Assembly: GCA_041617155.1 (NCBI GenBank)
Contig: JBFJPL010000005.1
Span: 2,564-66,563 of the forward strand
Reading direction: 5' to 3'
DNA from: Kiloniellales bacterium
GTDB taxonomy: Bacteria; Pseudomonadota; Alphaproteobacteria; Kiloniellales; JAKSDN01
Length of the DNA stretch: 64,000 bases
Under the pieces are notes generated by a model. It did no database searches and was not told where the DNA came from. It worked only from the letters and a program-made list of their open reading frames with translations. This document shows, in pieces, positions 42,060-52,031 of the stretch (position 1 is its first letter; each line of letters begins with the position of its first letter). Both the position numbers and the translations under genes were made by a program.

Positions 42060-43277
42060 TCAGCCTCCGAAATCGTCGTACAGGATATTCTCGCGCGGGA
42101 CGTCCAGCGTATCCAGCAGGGCGCGTGCCGCCTCGATCATGAGGGGCGGGCCGCACAGATAGTATTCGCACGCCGCCGGGTCGGGATGCGCCTTCAAATG
42201 GTTGCGGTAGACGACGTCATGGATGAACCCCGTCTCACCGTCCCACGAGTCGCCGGGCGCGGGGTCGGACAGCGCCACATGCCAGGAAAAATTCGCGTGT
42301 TCCCGCGCCAGCCGCTCCATATCGTCGGCGTAGTAGAGATCGATCAACGCGCGCGCGCCATACCAAAAGCTGATCCTGCGCGACGTCCTTTTGTATTCGA
42401 GCTGGTCGAACACATGCGCGCGCAGCGGCACCATGCCGACGCCGCCACCGATCAGGACGATCTCGCGGTCCGTCTCCATGACGAAGAAGTCGCCGAACGG
42501 TCCCGACACCGTGACCGCGTCGCCGACCTCGAGACCGAACAGGTAGGACGACACCACCCCGGGCGGCGCGTCCGGCCTGCTGGCGGGCGGCAGGGCGAGG
42601 CGGATGTTGAGCAGCAGCGCGTTGGTCTCCCCGGGGTGGTTGGCCAGCGAATACGCCCGGGCAACGGGGGCCTTGCACCGGGCCGTGAGTCTTCTAAGGC
42701 CCAAACGCGTCCAGGCATCTTCGTGCGCGGGGTCCACGGCGATCTCGGCGAACGGCAGGGTGAAGCGCGGCGCGGTGACCTCCACGTATGATCCGGCCCG
42801 GAAACTCCTGGCCTGCCCCTCGGGCAGGGCCAGCACGATTTCCTTGATCAGCGGCGCGAGGGATCGAGTCCGGCTGACGGTGCATGACCAGGTTTCCGCG
42901 ACCAGCAGGTCGGCGGCCACGGTGACCGCGAGGTCGTCGCGCACCACCACTTGGCAGGCGAGGCGGACGCCGTTCGCGATGTCGACTTCGCCTAGCGTGG
43001 CCCGCTCGATCGGCAGAACGTCCCCGCCACCGGTTACGGTCACCCGGCACAAACCACAGGTGCCCGCCCCGCCGCAGCTTGTGGGCAGATGCACGCCGCC
43101 ATGTTCCAGTGCCGCCAGCAGTTTTTGTCCGAGGTCGGCGTCCAGGACACGCTCGCCGTTCACGGTGATGTGCGCGAGGCCCCCGGGCACCAGCACGGCC
43201 CGGGCGACCAATACGACGAAGGCCAGCACCATGATCAGTCCCGTGAACACCGAACTGCCAAGAAGGATCTCCGTCAT
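42060..43277 (-). CDS. nqrF: NADH:quinone reductase (Nqr-type) subunit F
   Basis: The start is trimmed to ATG 43277. It has an N-terminal TM helix, the 2Fe-2S motif SCGGAGTCGLC...LACQ, the FAD motif RAYSLAN, and an NAD-binding GGGVGM region. Confidence 0.9.
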   Translation of the reverse strand: MTEILLGSSVFTGLIMVLAFVVLVARAVLVPGGLAHITVNGERVLDADLGQKLLAALEHGGVHLPTSCGGAGTCGLCRVTVTGGGDVLPIERATLGEVDIANGVRLACQVVVRDDLAVTVAADLLVAETWSCTVSRTRSLAPLIKEIVLALPEGQARSFRAGSYVEVTAPRFTLPFAEIAVDPAHEDAWTRLGLRRLTARCKAPVARAYSLANHPGETNALLLNIRLALPPASRPDAPPGVVSSYLFGLEVGDAVTVSGPFGDFFVMETDREIVLIGGGVGMVPLRAHVFDQLEYKRTSRRISFWYGARALIDLYYADDMERLAREHANFSWHVALSDPAPGDSWDGETGFIHDVVYRNHLKAHPDPAACEYYLCGPPLMIEAARALLDTLDVPRENILYDDFGG

Positions 43278-43284
43278 CGTCGCC

Positions 43285-43887
43285 TCATCCGAACTCCAGC
43301 CCGCCGAAAACGGCAAACCCCATCGACATGAAACCGGTCAGGATGAACGCGAGCCCGAGGCCGCGCAGCCCGTCCGGCACGAGAGTCTCGTCGATCCGCT
43401 CGCGCAGGGCGGCGAGCGCCCATACGGCCAGCGCCCACCCCAGCCCGGAACCCAAGCCGTAGATCACGCTCTCGGAGAACTCGTAGCGGCGCTCGACCAT
43501 GAACAGGCTGGCGCCGAGGATGGCGCAGTTGACGGTGATCAGCGGCAGATAGATTCCCAGCGAGCGGTAGAGCCGGGGGAAGTGGCGATCGAGGACCATC
43601 TCGAGGATCTGCACTGTGGCCGCGATGACGCCGATCGAGGCGATCAGCACCAGGAAGCTCAGATCGACCTCGCCCAGCCCCAGCCACGTCAGCGCGCCGG
43701 GCCCGAGCAGCCAGGTGAAAAGGAGGTTGTTGACAGGGACGGTGATCGTTTCGACCACGATCATGGCGAGGCCCAGCCCGAACGCGGTCTCCAGATGACG
43801 GGAGACCGCGAGGAACGTGCACATTCCAAGGAAGTAGGCGAGCGCCAAATTGTCGGTGAATACCGATCGGACCAGTAGTTCGGTCAT
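43285..43887 (-). CDS. nqrE: Nqr-type subunit E
   Basis: 200 aa, starting [29 protein letters not shown]. The conserved Cys residues in GMCTFL and VNCAIL are present. ATGA overlap with nqrD. Confidence 0.9.
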   Translation of the reverse strand: MTELLVRSVFTDNLALAYFLGMCTFLAVSRHLETAFGLGLAMIVVETITVPVNNLLFTWLLGPGALTWLGLGEVDLSFLVLIASIGVIAATVQILEMVLDRHFPRLYRSLGIYLPLITVNCAILGASLFMVERRYEFSESVIYGLGSGLGWALAVWALAALRERIDETLVPDGLRGLGLAFILTGFMSMGFAVFGGLEFG

Positions 43888-44534
43888 CGCGGCACCTCGC
43901 CGCCCTGTTCTCCCGGGGCCGGCTCGGCCTGTTCCGGCCGAATGGTACGTATCGCCCACACCAGCAGTCCGAGCAGGAAGAACGCGCTCGGCGGCAGCGC
44001 CATCAATCCGAGCGGCGTGAACCAGCCGCCATCCGCGGCGGCCGGCAAAATTGTGACGCCCAACAGCGTTCCCGCACCGAAAAGCTCGCGCACGATGCCG
44101 ACCGTAACCAGGATCAGGGCATAGCCGAGGCCGTTGCCGAGACCGTCGAGCAGGCTCGCGCCGGGGGGATTCTTCATGGCGAAACCTTCCGCGCGGGCGA
44201 GCACGATGCAGTTAGTGACGATGAGGCCGACAAACACGCTGAGACGCTTGCTCATCGCGAACATGTAGGCTTGCAGCATTTGGTCCACGACGATGACCAG
44301 CGAGGCAATGATCGTGATCTGCACGATGAGCCGGATCGAGCGGGGAACATGGTTGCGAATCAGGCTGATCAGGCCGTTGGAGAGGGTGAGCACGAAGATC
44401 AGCGCGGCGCTCATCACCAGGGCGGTGGCCAGCGACGTGGTCACCGCAAGCGCAGAGCAGATCCCGAGCACCTGAAGCGTCACCGGGTTGGCGACGAGAA
44501 TGGGGTCGACCAGGGTGCGGGTGCGATCGCTCAT
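43884..44534 (-). CDS. nqrD: Nqr-type subunit D
   Basis: This is the last 216 aa of track ORF 43884..45245, reading [12 protein letters not shown] and [17 protein letters not shown] overlap with nqrC. Confidence 0.9.
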   Translation of the reverse strand: MSDRTRTLVDPILVANPVTLQVLGICSALAVTTSLATALVMSAALIFVLTLSNGLISLIRNHVPRSIRLIVQITIIASLVIVVDQMLQAYMFAMSKRLSVFVGLIVTNCIVLARAEGFAMKNPPGASLLDGLGNGLGYALILVTVGIVRELFGAGTLLGVTILPAAADGGWFTPLGLMALPPSAFFLLGLLVWAIRTIRPEQAEPAPGEQGGEVPR

Positions 44535-45271
44535 CGCCCCGCCTCCGACTTGAGGCGATCGAGATACGGGCCGTAGCCGTCGGGGCCGAGCCAGAAACGC
44601 AGTAGGTTGGTGACGCCGGTGCCGGTGCGGGTCGCACCGGAGATGCCGTCGACCTCGTGCACGCCGGTGCCGGCGCCCTTGACCACCCCGATGCGGATCA
44701 CGCCGTCGGCATCGGCCACCTGCCTGCCCGGCCAAAGGGCCTGCCACGCATCTTCCTCGATGCGCGCGCCCATGCCGGGGGTCTCGTCCTGTTCGTAAAA
44801 GGTCAGCGCGGCGACGGTGTTCAAATCGGCCTTCAGGGCAAGATACCCCTTGAGCGTCGATTGATAGCCGGTTCCGCGCACCGGCAGGACCACCAACCTC
44901 AACGCGCCCTCCTCGCGCAGTTCGAAGACGGTGGCCACGTTCTCGCGGCTGCCCAGCCCCGCACGGTCGCGGTCGACCGGCAGCTCGGTGCTCGTGCCCG
45001 GGTCGCGGTCCACATCGGCGCCGGAGGCGAGATCCACCAGACGCATCTCCGGAACGCCCGCGCCCAGGATTTCCAACATCCCCAGCATGCGCGCCACCTT
45101 GTCCGCCTGCCGGTTGGCGTCCTGCAGCGGCCTCAGCGTCACCGCCGTGGCCGAAACCACCAGCGAGCAAACCAGGGCAACCAGGAGCGCGACGCCGACG
45201 GTCTTCGCCGTGCTGTCGTTGGGCAGGGCAAGGAAGCCCCGCCACCAGACGAGCGGATTGGCACTAGCCAT
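44531..45271 (-). CDS. nqrC: Nqr-type subunit C (FMN-binding)
   Basis: The start is trimmed to ATG 45271. It has one N-terminal TM helix and the FMN phosphoester site ISGATRTG. Confidence 0.85.
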   Translation of the reverse strand: MASANPLVWWRGFLALPNDSTAKTVGVALLVALVCSLVVSATAVTLRPLQDANRQADKVARMLGMLEILGAGVPEMRLVDLASGADVDRDPGTSTELPVDRDRAGLGSRENVATVFELREEGALRLVVLPVRGTGYQSTLKGYLALKADLNTVAALTFYEQDETPGMGARIEEDAWQALWPGRQVADADGVIRIGVVKGAGTGVHEVDGISGATRTGTGVTNLLRFWLGPDGYGPYLDRLKSEAGR

Positions 45272-46049
45272 GGCGGGGCCTCCAGGCGAGCGCCCGGTCC
45301 AGAAGCGGCGCGAACAGCCCGCCCAGCAGAGCCGCGAACACCACGCCGTCGGGCTGGTCGGGATTGGCGAGGCGGATCGCGACAATCAGCGCGCCGACCA
45401 GCATGCCCAGCAGCCAACGGGCACCACTGCCGGCGATCGCGCCCTCGGGCGCCGCAGCGAGGAACAGGATACCGGCTGAGAAGGCACCGAGGCCGGGATG
45501 CTGCCACCACACGGGGTCGCCCATCAACAAACCCGCCGCCGCAGCGCCGGCCACGGCGCCCGCGGCGACCTGCCAGGCGAGCGAGCCTCTCAACATCAGG
45601 ATAACGGCCCCGGGCAGGCAGGACAGGGCGAACACGTAGTCGGGCGACAGCGCGAGGATGCCTTGCGCCTCGAACCCGCCCTCGGGGAAGGAAAAGATGG
45701 CGAATGCCAGGCCGATCAGCGCCGGCGGCAGTATCGCCCTGCCGCCGAAGATCTCGCGCCCGAAGACGGCGCCGAAGCTGAGCGCGAGCACGGCCCCGCC
45801 CCAGCCGACCGGCCCTGGCAGCATCACGACGAACAACACGGCGAAGGCAGGCAGCCCGGAGCCGAGCGGGCGTCCCGTCCGGCGCGCGAACAGGGCGGCC
45901 CAGGCATAGGTGATGCCGAGCGCCAGAGCGAGCAGAAGCAGCCGCTGCATCGCCACCTCCGTGCCGTCGCCAAACAGCCGCACGAGGAAGGGCAGCGTCA
46001 GCGCCAGCAGCCTGAGGCGGTCATCACTGTCCGGATCGGTCATGGTCAT
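45264..46049 (-). CDS. nqrB: Truncated NqrB/RnfD-family membrane subunit (261 aa, no SGAT FMN site)
   Basis: The start is at ATG 46049 (MTMTDPD). Blocks FGAVFGREIFGG and IRLANPDQPDGVVFAALLGGLFAPLLD align by eye with NqrB. There is an 8-nt overlap with nqrC. Confidence 0.75.
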   Translation of the reverse strand: MTMTDPDSDDRLRLLALTLPFLVRLFGDGTEVAMQRLLLLALALGITYAWAALFARRTGRPLGSGLPAFAVLFVVMLPGPVGWGGAVLALSFGAVFGREIFGGRAILPPALIGLAFAIFSFPEGGFEAQGILALSPDYVFALSCLPGAVILMLRGSLAWQVAAGAVAGAAAAGLLMGDPVWWQHPGLGAFSAGILFLAAAPEGAIAGSGARWLLGMLVGALIVAIRLANPDQPDGVVFAALLGGLFAPLLDRALAWRPRHG

Positions 46050-46423
46050 CGCGTGCCAACTTAAGGTCGGGATGAAACCCTGACAACGGTTGTGCCTCAA
46101 TCGCCTGGGCTTGTCTCGGGGTCGCGGGCAGTCTGCGGTCGCCTTGACGAACAACGCCTGGTCATTCGACGGCTCAGTGGACAGCTTCCTGGGGCAGCCC
46201 ATTCCAACGACAACCTGATCGGTGAGTGGCACGTCGTCCGCGCCGATTGCCACGGCCATTTGCGAAGCTTCGAGCAATGATCGTTGAACAGTACCGCCGG
46301 GCGGAGGCTTTGGCTGTGCCTTCGCCATCGGGAACCAGCCGATCAATGAATCGGTTCGGGGAAACAATGGCTCAAAGTCGGACATCGGCCTCGGAGAGTC
46401 CGAAGCTGCGGTTGAACTGACGT

Positions 46424-46459
46424 GGGGCAAACATGGCAAAAATGGCAAAAATGGCAAAA
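46424..46459. repeat. Tandem 9-mer atggcaaaa, three perfect copies plus one degenerate
   Basis: ggggcaaac (46424-46432) is followed by atggcaaaa at 46433, 46442 and 46451. It lies in the divergent nqrB/cytochrome intergenic region. Confidence 0.9.
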
Positions 46460-46558
46460 GCAGCCATGATTGGACGTCAGCGTATTCTGCTTTCGACTGC
46501 GGGCTCATGGCGCACTATGATAATTCCATCGACGAACTAGAATGCCGCACCATTCGTT

Positions 46559-47833
46559 ATGGGAATGCTCATGGACACTTTTTCGTGTGGCGCGCGTGCC
46601 TTCCAAATCCGGAACGACGTGCCGGAGCTGACGGTGAGCAAGCTGTATGACCTCTTCGCCATTGCCAACTCATGGAGACATCTCGGCGGGCTCGTTTCGA
46701 TTGCATTTGTTGTTTTGCTGTTGGCCGGCTTAAGTTCGCCGCTTGCCGCGGCGGGTCTCAATGGCGACAAGGCCTACACCGAAGGGCCACAAGTGTGCGG
46801 CCGTTGCCACACGGAAGCTTTGGAGCAGTGGCTCGCTCACGGCCACAGCCGGAAGCTCGCCATCGGCGGGCCGGCGCTCAAGGCGCTCGACGGCAAATTT
46901 GGCCTTTTCGGGAATGCGCGAGACGGCGGATTCCGCCTCCCGGACCACGACAAAGATGCCTATAACTGGGACAACGTGGCGCTGATCATCGGCGCAAGCA
47001 AGCGATGGAAGACGCGATTCCTGGCCAAAGACGGCTACATCATCACCAAGGGCGGGAACAACCAATATAACTGGGCGGACGGTTCTTGGGTCGACTACCA
47101 CAAGGACGAACAGAAAAAGTATAGCTGTGGCAGCTGCCATACCACCGGCTATCGGGAGGGCGGCAGCGCTTTCGGCGCAAAGCGAATTCCTGGCACGACC
47201 GCCGGTCCCATGCCCGGCATCGCGGGGGACTGGGCCCAGTTCAACATCACCTGCGAGGCCTGCCACGGACCGGGCGCGGCTCACGCCGCGAAGCCGAGCA
47301 AAGTCAACATAATAGTGGACAATTCGGCGCAGTCATGCGGCACGTGCCACATCCGCGGATCGGACCCGAACACCATCATCGCGGAGGGCGGCTTCATCCG
47401 CCATCACGAACAGTATCCCGAGTTCGCCAACAGCCCTCACAAGGACCTTGCCTGCACGACCTGCCACCAACCCCACGACAGCCGCTCGCAGGGCATGAAG
47501 GTGAGCGCCGCGAACACCACGGTCTGCGACACCTGCCATGGCGCGCAGAAGGAGCTATTCGCCGGCAGTCCGATGCAAAAGGCCGGTGTGACCTGCGTGG
47601 ACTGCCACATGGCAAAGGTCACGAAGTCCGCGGTTGCAGTGGGGCCCTATGAGGGCGACGTGCGCACCCACGTCATGCGGATCAATCCCGCCGCCGATTA
47701 CGTGATGTTTACACCAGACGGCAAAGCGGCCAAGAATGCTATCAGCTTGGAATTTGCCTGTTTTCGGTGCCATGCCGCGGCCAGCAAGGCGGAGTTCGCC
47801 AAGATCAAGGACTTCCATGCCATCGGCAAATGA
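46559..47833 (+). CDS. Octahaem c-type cytochrome, periplasmic or membrane-anchored
   Basis: Eight CxxCH motifs are present: CGRCH, CGSCH, CEACH, CGTCH, CTTCH, CDTCH, CVDCH, CFRCH. The N-terminus has a hydrophobic segment, LVSIAFVVLLLAGLSSPLAAAG. The start is uncertain (ATG 46559 or GTG 46634). Confidence 0.85.
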   Translation: MGMLMDTFSCGARAFQIRNDVPELTVSKLYDLFAIANSWRHLGGLVSIAFVVLLLAGLSSPLAAAGLNGDKAYTEGPQVCGRCHTEALEQWLAHGHSRKLAIGGPALKALDGKFGLFGNARDGGFRLPDHDKDAYNWDNVALIIGASKRWKTRFLAKDGYIITKGGNNQYNWADGSWVDYHKDEQKKYSCGSCHTTGYREGGSAFGAKRIPGTTAGPMPGIAGDWAQFNITCEACHGPGAAHAAKPSKVNIIVDNSAQSCGTCHIRGSDPNTIIAEGGFIRHHEQYPEFANSPHKDLACTTCHQPHDSRSQGMKVSAANTTVCDTCHGAQKELFAGSPMQKAGVTCVDCHMAKVTKSAVAVGPYEGDVRTHVMRINPAADYVMFTPDGKAAKNAISLEFACFRCHAAASKAEFAKIKDFHAIGK

Positions 47834-48393
47834 CCCGCGGCGGCAATGCATGATGACGCGGCGGTCCTTGGGGCCCCAGCTGCCGGGCAGGCTGCAGTCC
47901 GCCGTGGCCCGGTCGTCGATCAGCGCCTGGTTCATCTCGGTCGCGAAGGAGCCCGGGCCGATGCCGTTGACCTGGAGGCCCATGGGCGCCCAGTCGGCGC
48001 ACATGCCCTTGGTCAGCATCTTGACCGCACCCTTGGCCGCGGTGTAGGGCGCGATGGTCGGCCGGCCGACCTCGCTCATCAGCGAGCAGATGTTGATGAT
48101 CTTGCCGGCCTTGCGCGCGATCATTCGCCGCGCCACCAGGAACACGCCGGTGAGATAGGTCTCGATCACCGCCCGCCAGTCGGCCTCGGGAAACTCGGCC
48201 AAGGGTTTGCGCACCTGGATCCCGGCGTGGTTGACGAGAATGTCGCTCGGCCCCTGCCCCTCCTCGATCTCGACCACGCCGGCCTCGACCGCGGCCCCGT
48301 CGGTGACGTCGAAGGCGACCCGCTCAGCCGCCACCTCGGCCTCGCACAAATCGGCCACGGCCCGCCCCGGCTTGGCCTCGTCACGCCCGTTCA
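47834..48393 (-). pseudogene. Short-chain dehydrogenase/reductase remnant, truncated at both ends
   Basis: The middle of track ORF 47555..48511 reads ILVNHAGI...INICSLMSEVGRPTIAPYTAAKGAVKMLTK...VNGIGPG (SDR NAG and YxxxK motifs). There is no N-terminal GxxxGxG Rossmann segment and no normal C-terminus. Confidence 0.6.
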
Positions 48394-48914
48394 GCACCAC
48401 CGCCGCCACGCCGACCATGGCACCCGCGGCGACCTGCCATGGCAGCAAGCCGCGCAACATCAGGACCGCCGCCCCGGGCAGGCAGGACATCGCGAACAGG
48501 GGATCGGGCAACAGCGCGAGAATACCGCGCGCCTCGAACTCGACCTCGGGGAAGGGGAAGATGGCGGCCGATCAGCGCCGGGGGCAGTATGGCCCTGCCG
48601 ACGAAGATCTCGCGCCCGAAGACGGCACCGAAGCTCAGCGCGAGAACGGCGCCGCTCCAGGCAACCGGCCCAGGCAGCAACGAGACGAAGGTTATGGCAA
48701 AGGCAGGTAGCCCGGGGCCCGGCGGACGCCCAGCCCGACGCGCGAACAGGCCGGCCCAGGCATAGGCGATGCCGAGCGCCAGGCCGAGCAGCAGCAACCG
48801 CTGAACCGCCGCTTCCGTGCTTTCGCCATAAAGCCGCACGGCCAGAGGCGGCGCCAGCGCCAGCACCCTGAGGACGTCATCACGGTCGGGATCGGCCATG
48901 GTCGTCGCGCGCAT
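48394..48914 (-). pseudogene. Frameshifted partial copy of the short nqrB
   Basis: MRATTMADPDRDDVLRVLALAPPLAVRLYGE...FGAVFGREIFVGRAILPPALIG parallels 45264..46049. An 8-nt gap near 48566 relative to the intact copy breaks the frame. Homology resumes in another frame (PDPLFAMSCLPGAAVLMLRG) and ends at the SDR remnant. Confidence 0.7.
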
Positions 48915-49049
48915 CCCGCGTTAGCGTACGGCCGGGATAACGCACTGACAACGGTCGTGCGTCGGTCGGCTGGGCCGGGGCCGCAGGCCGTCCAAGGTCG
49001 CCTTGGCGGGCTATGTCCGGTCGTTGGACGGCCCCGTGCACAGCTTCCT

Positions 49050-49265
49050 GCCGCGGGCCCTGCTTCGCTTGCCCGCGCCGCTCTTCGGCGGCGCGGAACT
49101 GCCGGTCATGGCCATGGCCGGCCTGTCGTGGATCGCCGCCTTCGGTCTTTTCGCCACGGCCTATGGCCCGTTCCTGACCGGCGCCGCCCGTCGGGTCGAC
49201 TAACGCCGGTGGTCACATAAGACGCCTGAGCCGCGGGCTCCCTCGTTGCAGTTCTGGCGGGTGAT
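49050..49265 (+). pseudogene. Orphan copy of the nnrS 3-prime end plus its downstream sequence
   Basis: Track ORF 49003..49203 ends LLRLPAPLFGGAELPVMAMAGLSWIAAFGLFATAYGPFLTGAARRVD, compared with the nnrS C-terminus LLRLLAPLFGGAELPVMAVAGLSWIAAFGLFATAYGPLLIGAEHRSD. DNA similarity continues past the stop (gagccgcgg...). Confidence 0.65.
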
Positions 49266-49321
49266 CCGGGGAAGCCATGAACGGACTTGGAGTTCTGTCA
49301 GCGCAAAGACGCGCGATGTCA

Positions 49322-50224
49322 TTAGCTGTCGAGGAGGTGCTCGACGAACCAGTCGCGGGCGACGCCGCTTGCCTCATCGAAGTCCTTCACATAGGCGTCG
49401 AAATGTCCGCCTTTGAGCAACACGAGCTTCTTGGGCTCGAGCGCCCGTTCGTAGGCGGCGATCGCCTCGTCGGCCACGGTCAGATGATCCCCGGCTGCGA
49501 CCACCATGAGCAGCGGTGTCGGGCTGACATATTCGATGTAGGCGCCCGGTTCGTACTCCATGAACATCTCGACCGAGCGAAGCGTCACCTCGTTGCGCCA
49601 CGCCGGCGCCCGCAGTTCGGCCGTTTCGGTAAACCATTCGAAGGAGTCCGGGGTCGGCAGCGCACAGGGCACGTTGGGATCGTCCGACACCACGGCGATC
49701 ATCTGTGGAGCCTGCCCGGCAAATCGTGCCTGGCGATCGGTATTGAACATGCCCTGGACCGCCGCGATGAGATCCGCGCGAATGAGGCGCCGCGCGTTTC
49801 TGTGGCCGCTGATCAGCGGCACCTGCGACACGACGCACTTTACCCGGCGGTCGATCGCGCCGATCACCAGAACATGCGCGCCGCTGTAACTCGAGCCCCA
49901 GATGCCGATCCGATCGTCATCCACTTCGGCGAGACCGCTCGCATAGGTAATGGCATCCCGGTAGTCGCGGATCTGCTGCCAAGGGTCGATCTCCTGGCGC
50001 GGTTCGCCATCGCTGGCACCGAAGTTTCTGTTGTCGAAGACCAAGGCGCCGAGGCCCGAGGCGGCATAAACCTCCGCGTAGGTGTCGAGATAGTTCTCTT
50101 TCAGAGCCGAAAATCCGTGGGCCATGACCACGGTCGGAACCGACCCGCGCACGTCGTCGGGTAGATACAGCCAGCCCCGCAACGTCACGCCATCCTCGGA
50201 CTTAAACTCAATATCCCTTCGCAT
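49322..50224 (-). CDS. Alpha/beta-fold hydrolase
   Basis: 300 aa with the nucleophile elbow GSSYSG. The N-terminal pattern EFKSEDGVTLRGWLYLP is typical of dienelactone/CocE-like hydrolases. Confidence 0.8.
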   Translation of the reverse strand: MRRDIEFKSEDGVTLRGWLYLPDDVRGSVPTVVMAHGFSALKENYLDTYAEVYAASGLGALVFDNRNFGASDGEPRQEIDPWQQIRDYRDAITYASGLAEVDDDRIGIWGSSYSGAHVLVIGAIDRRVKCVVSQVPLISGHRNARRLIRADLIAAVQGMFNTDRQARFAGQAPQMIAVVSDDPNVPCALPTPDSFEWFTETAELRAPAWRNEVTLRSVEMFMEYEPGAYIEYVSPTPLLMVVAAGDHLTVADEAIAAYERALEPKKLVLLKGGHFDAYVKDFDEASGVARDWFVEHLLDS

Positions 50225-50386
50225 CTCCCCTCTCCCGTTGCTAGCTGAAGATGATGCCTAAGGTACCACAGCGCCTTTGCCTTCATAGTCGATAGTCCGT
50301 GCGCTTCACTTGCCGAGTGAGCCCGAAATATCGAACTCATGCAGCGACGGCCCTGGTCACGCCATGAGCCGCTTGCCGCTTGCTGT

Positions 50387-52027
<1,641 letters not shown>

Positions 52028-52031
<4 letters not shown>

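Noticed and set aside
44535-45245. N-terminal 237 codons of the 453-aa ORF that ends as NqrD.
   Set aside because: It is out of frame with nqrC, and nqrC has the SGATRT motif. NqrD homology begins at ATG 44534.
46050-46508. 153-codon N-terminal extension of the nqrB ORF, considered as the missing NqrB N-terminus or a vestigial NqrA.
   Set aside because: I could see no similarity to NqrA or NqrB. It contains the 9-mer repeat translated as LPFLPFLP. The duplicated copy has an in-frame TAA directly upstream of the equivalent ATG, and local composition looks intergenic.
47555-49265. Considered an IS element or integrated mobile element as the cause of the gene-fragment mosaic.
   Set aside because: I recognised no transposase, integrase or terminal inverted repeats. 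The fragments are copies of neighbouring chromosomal genes.
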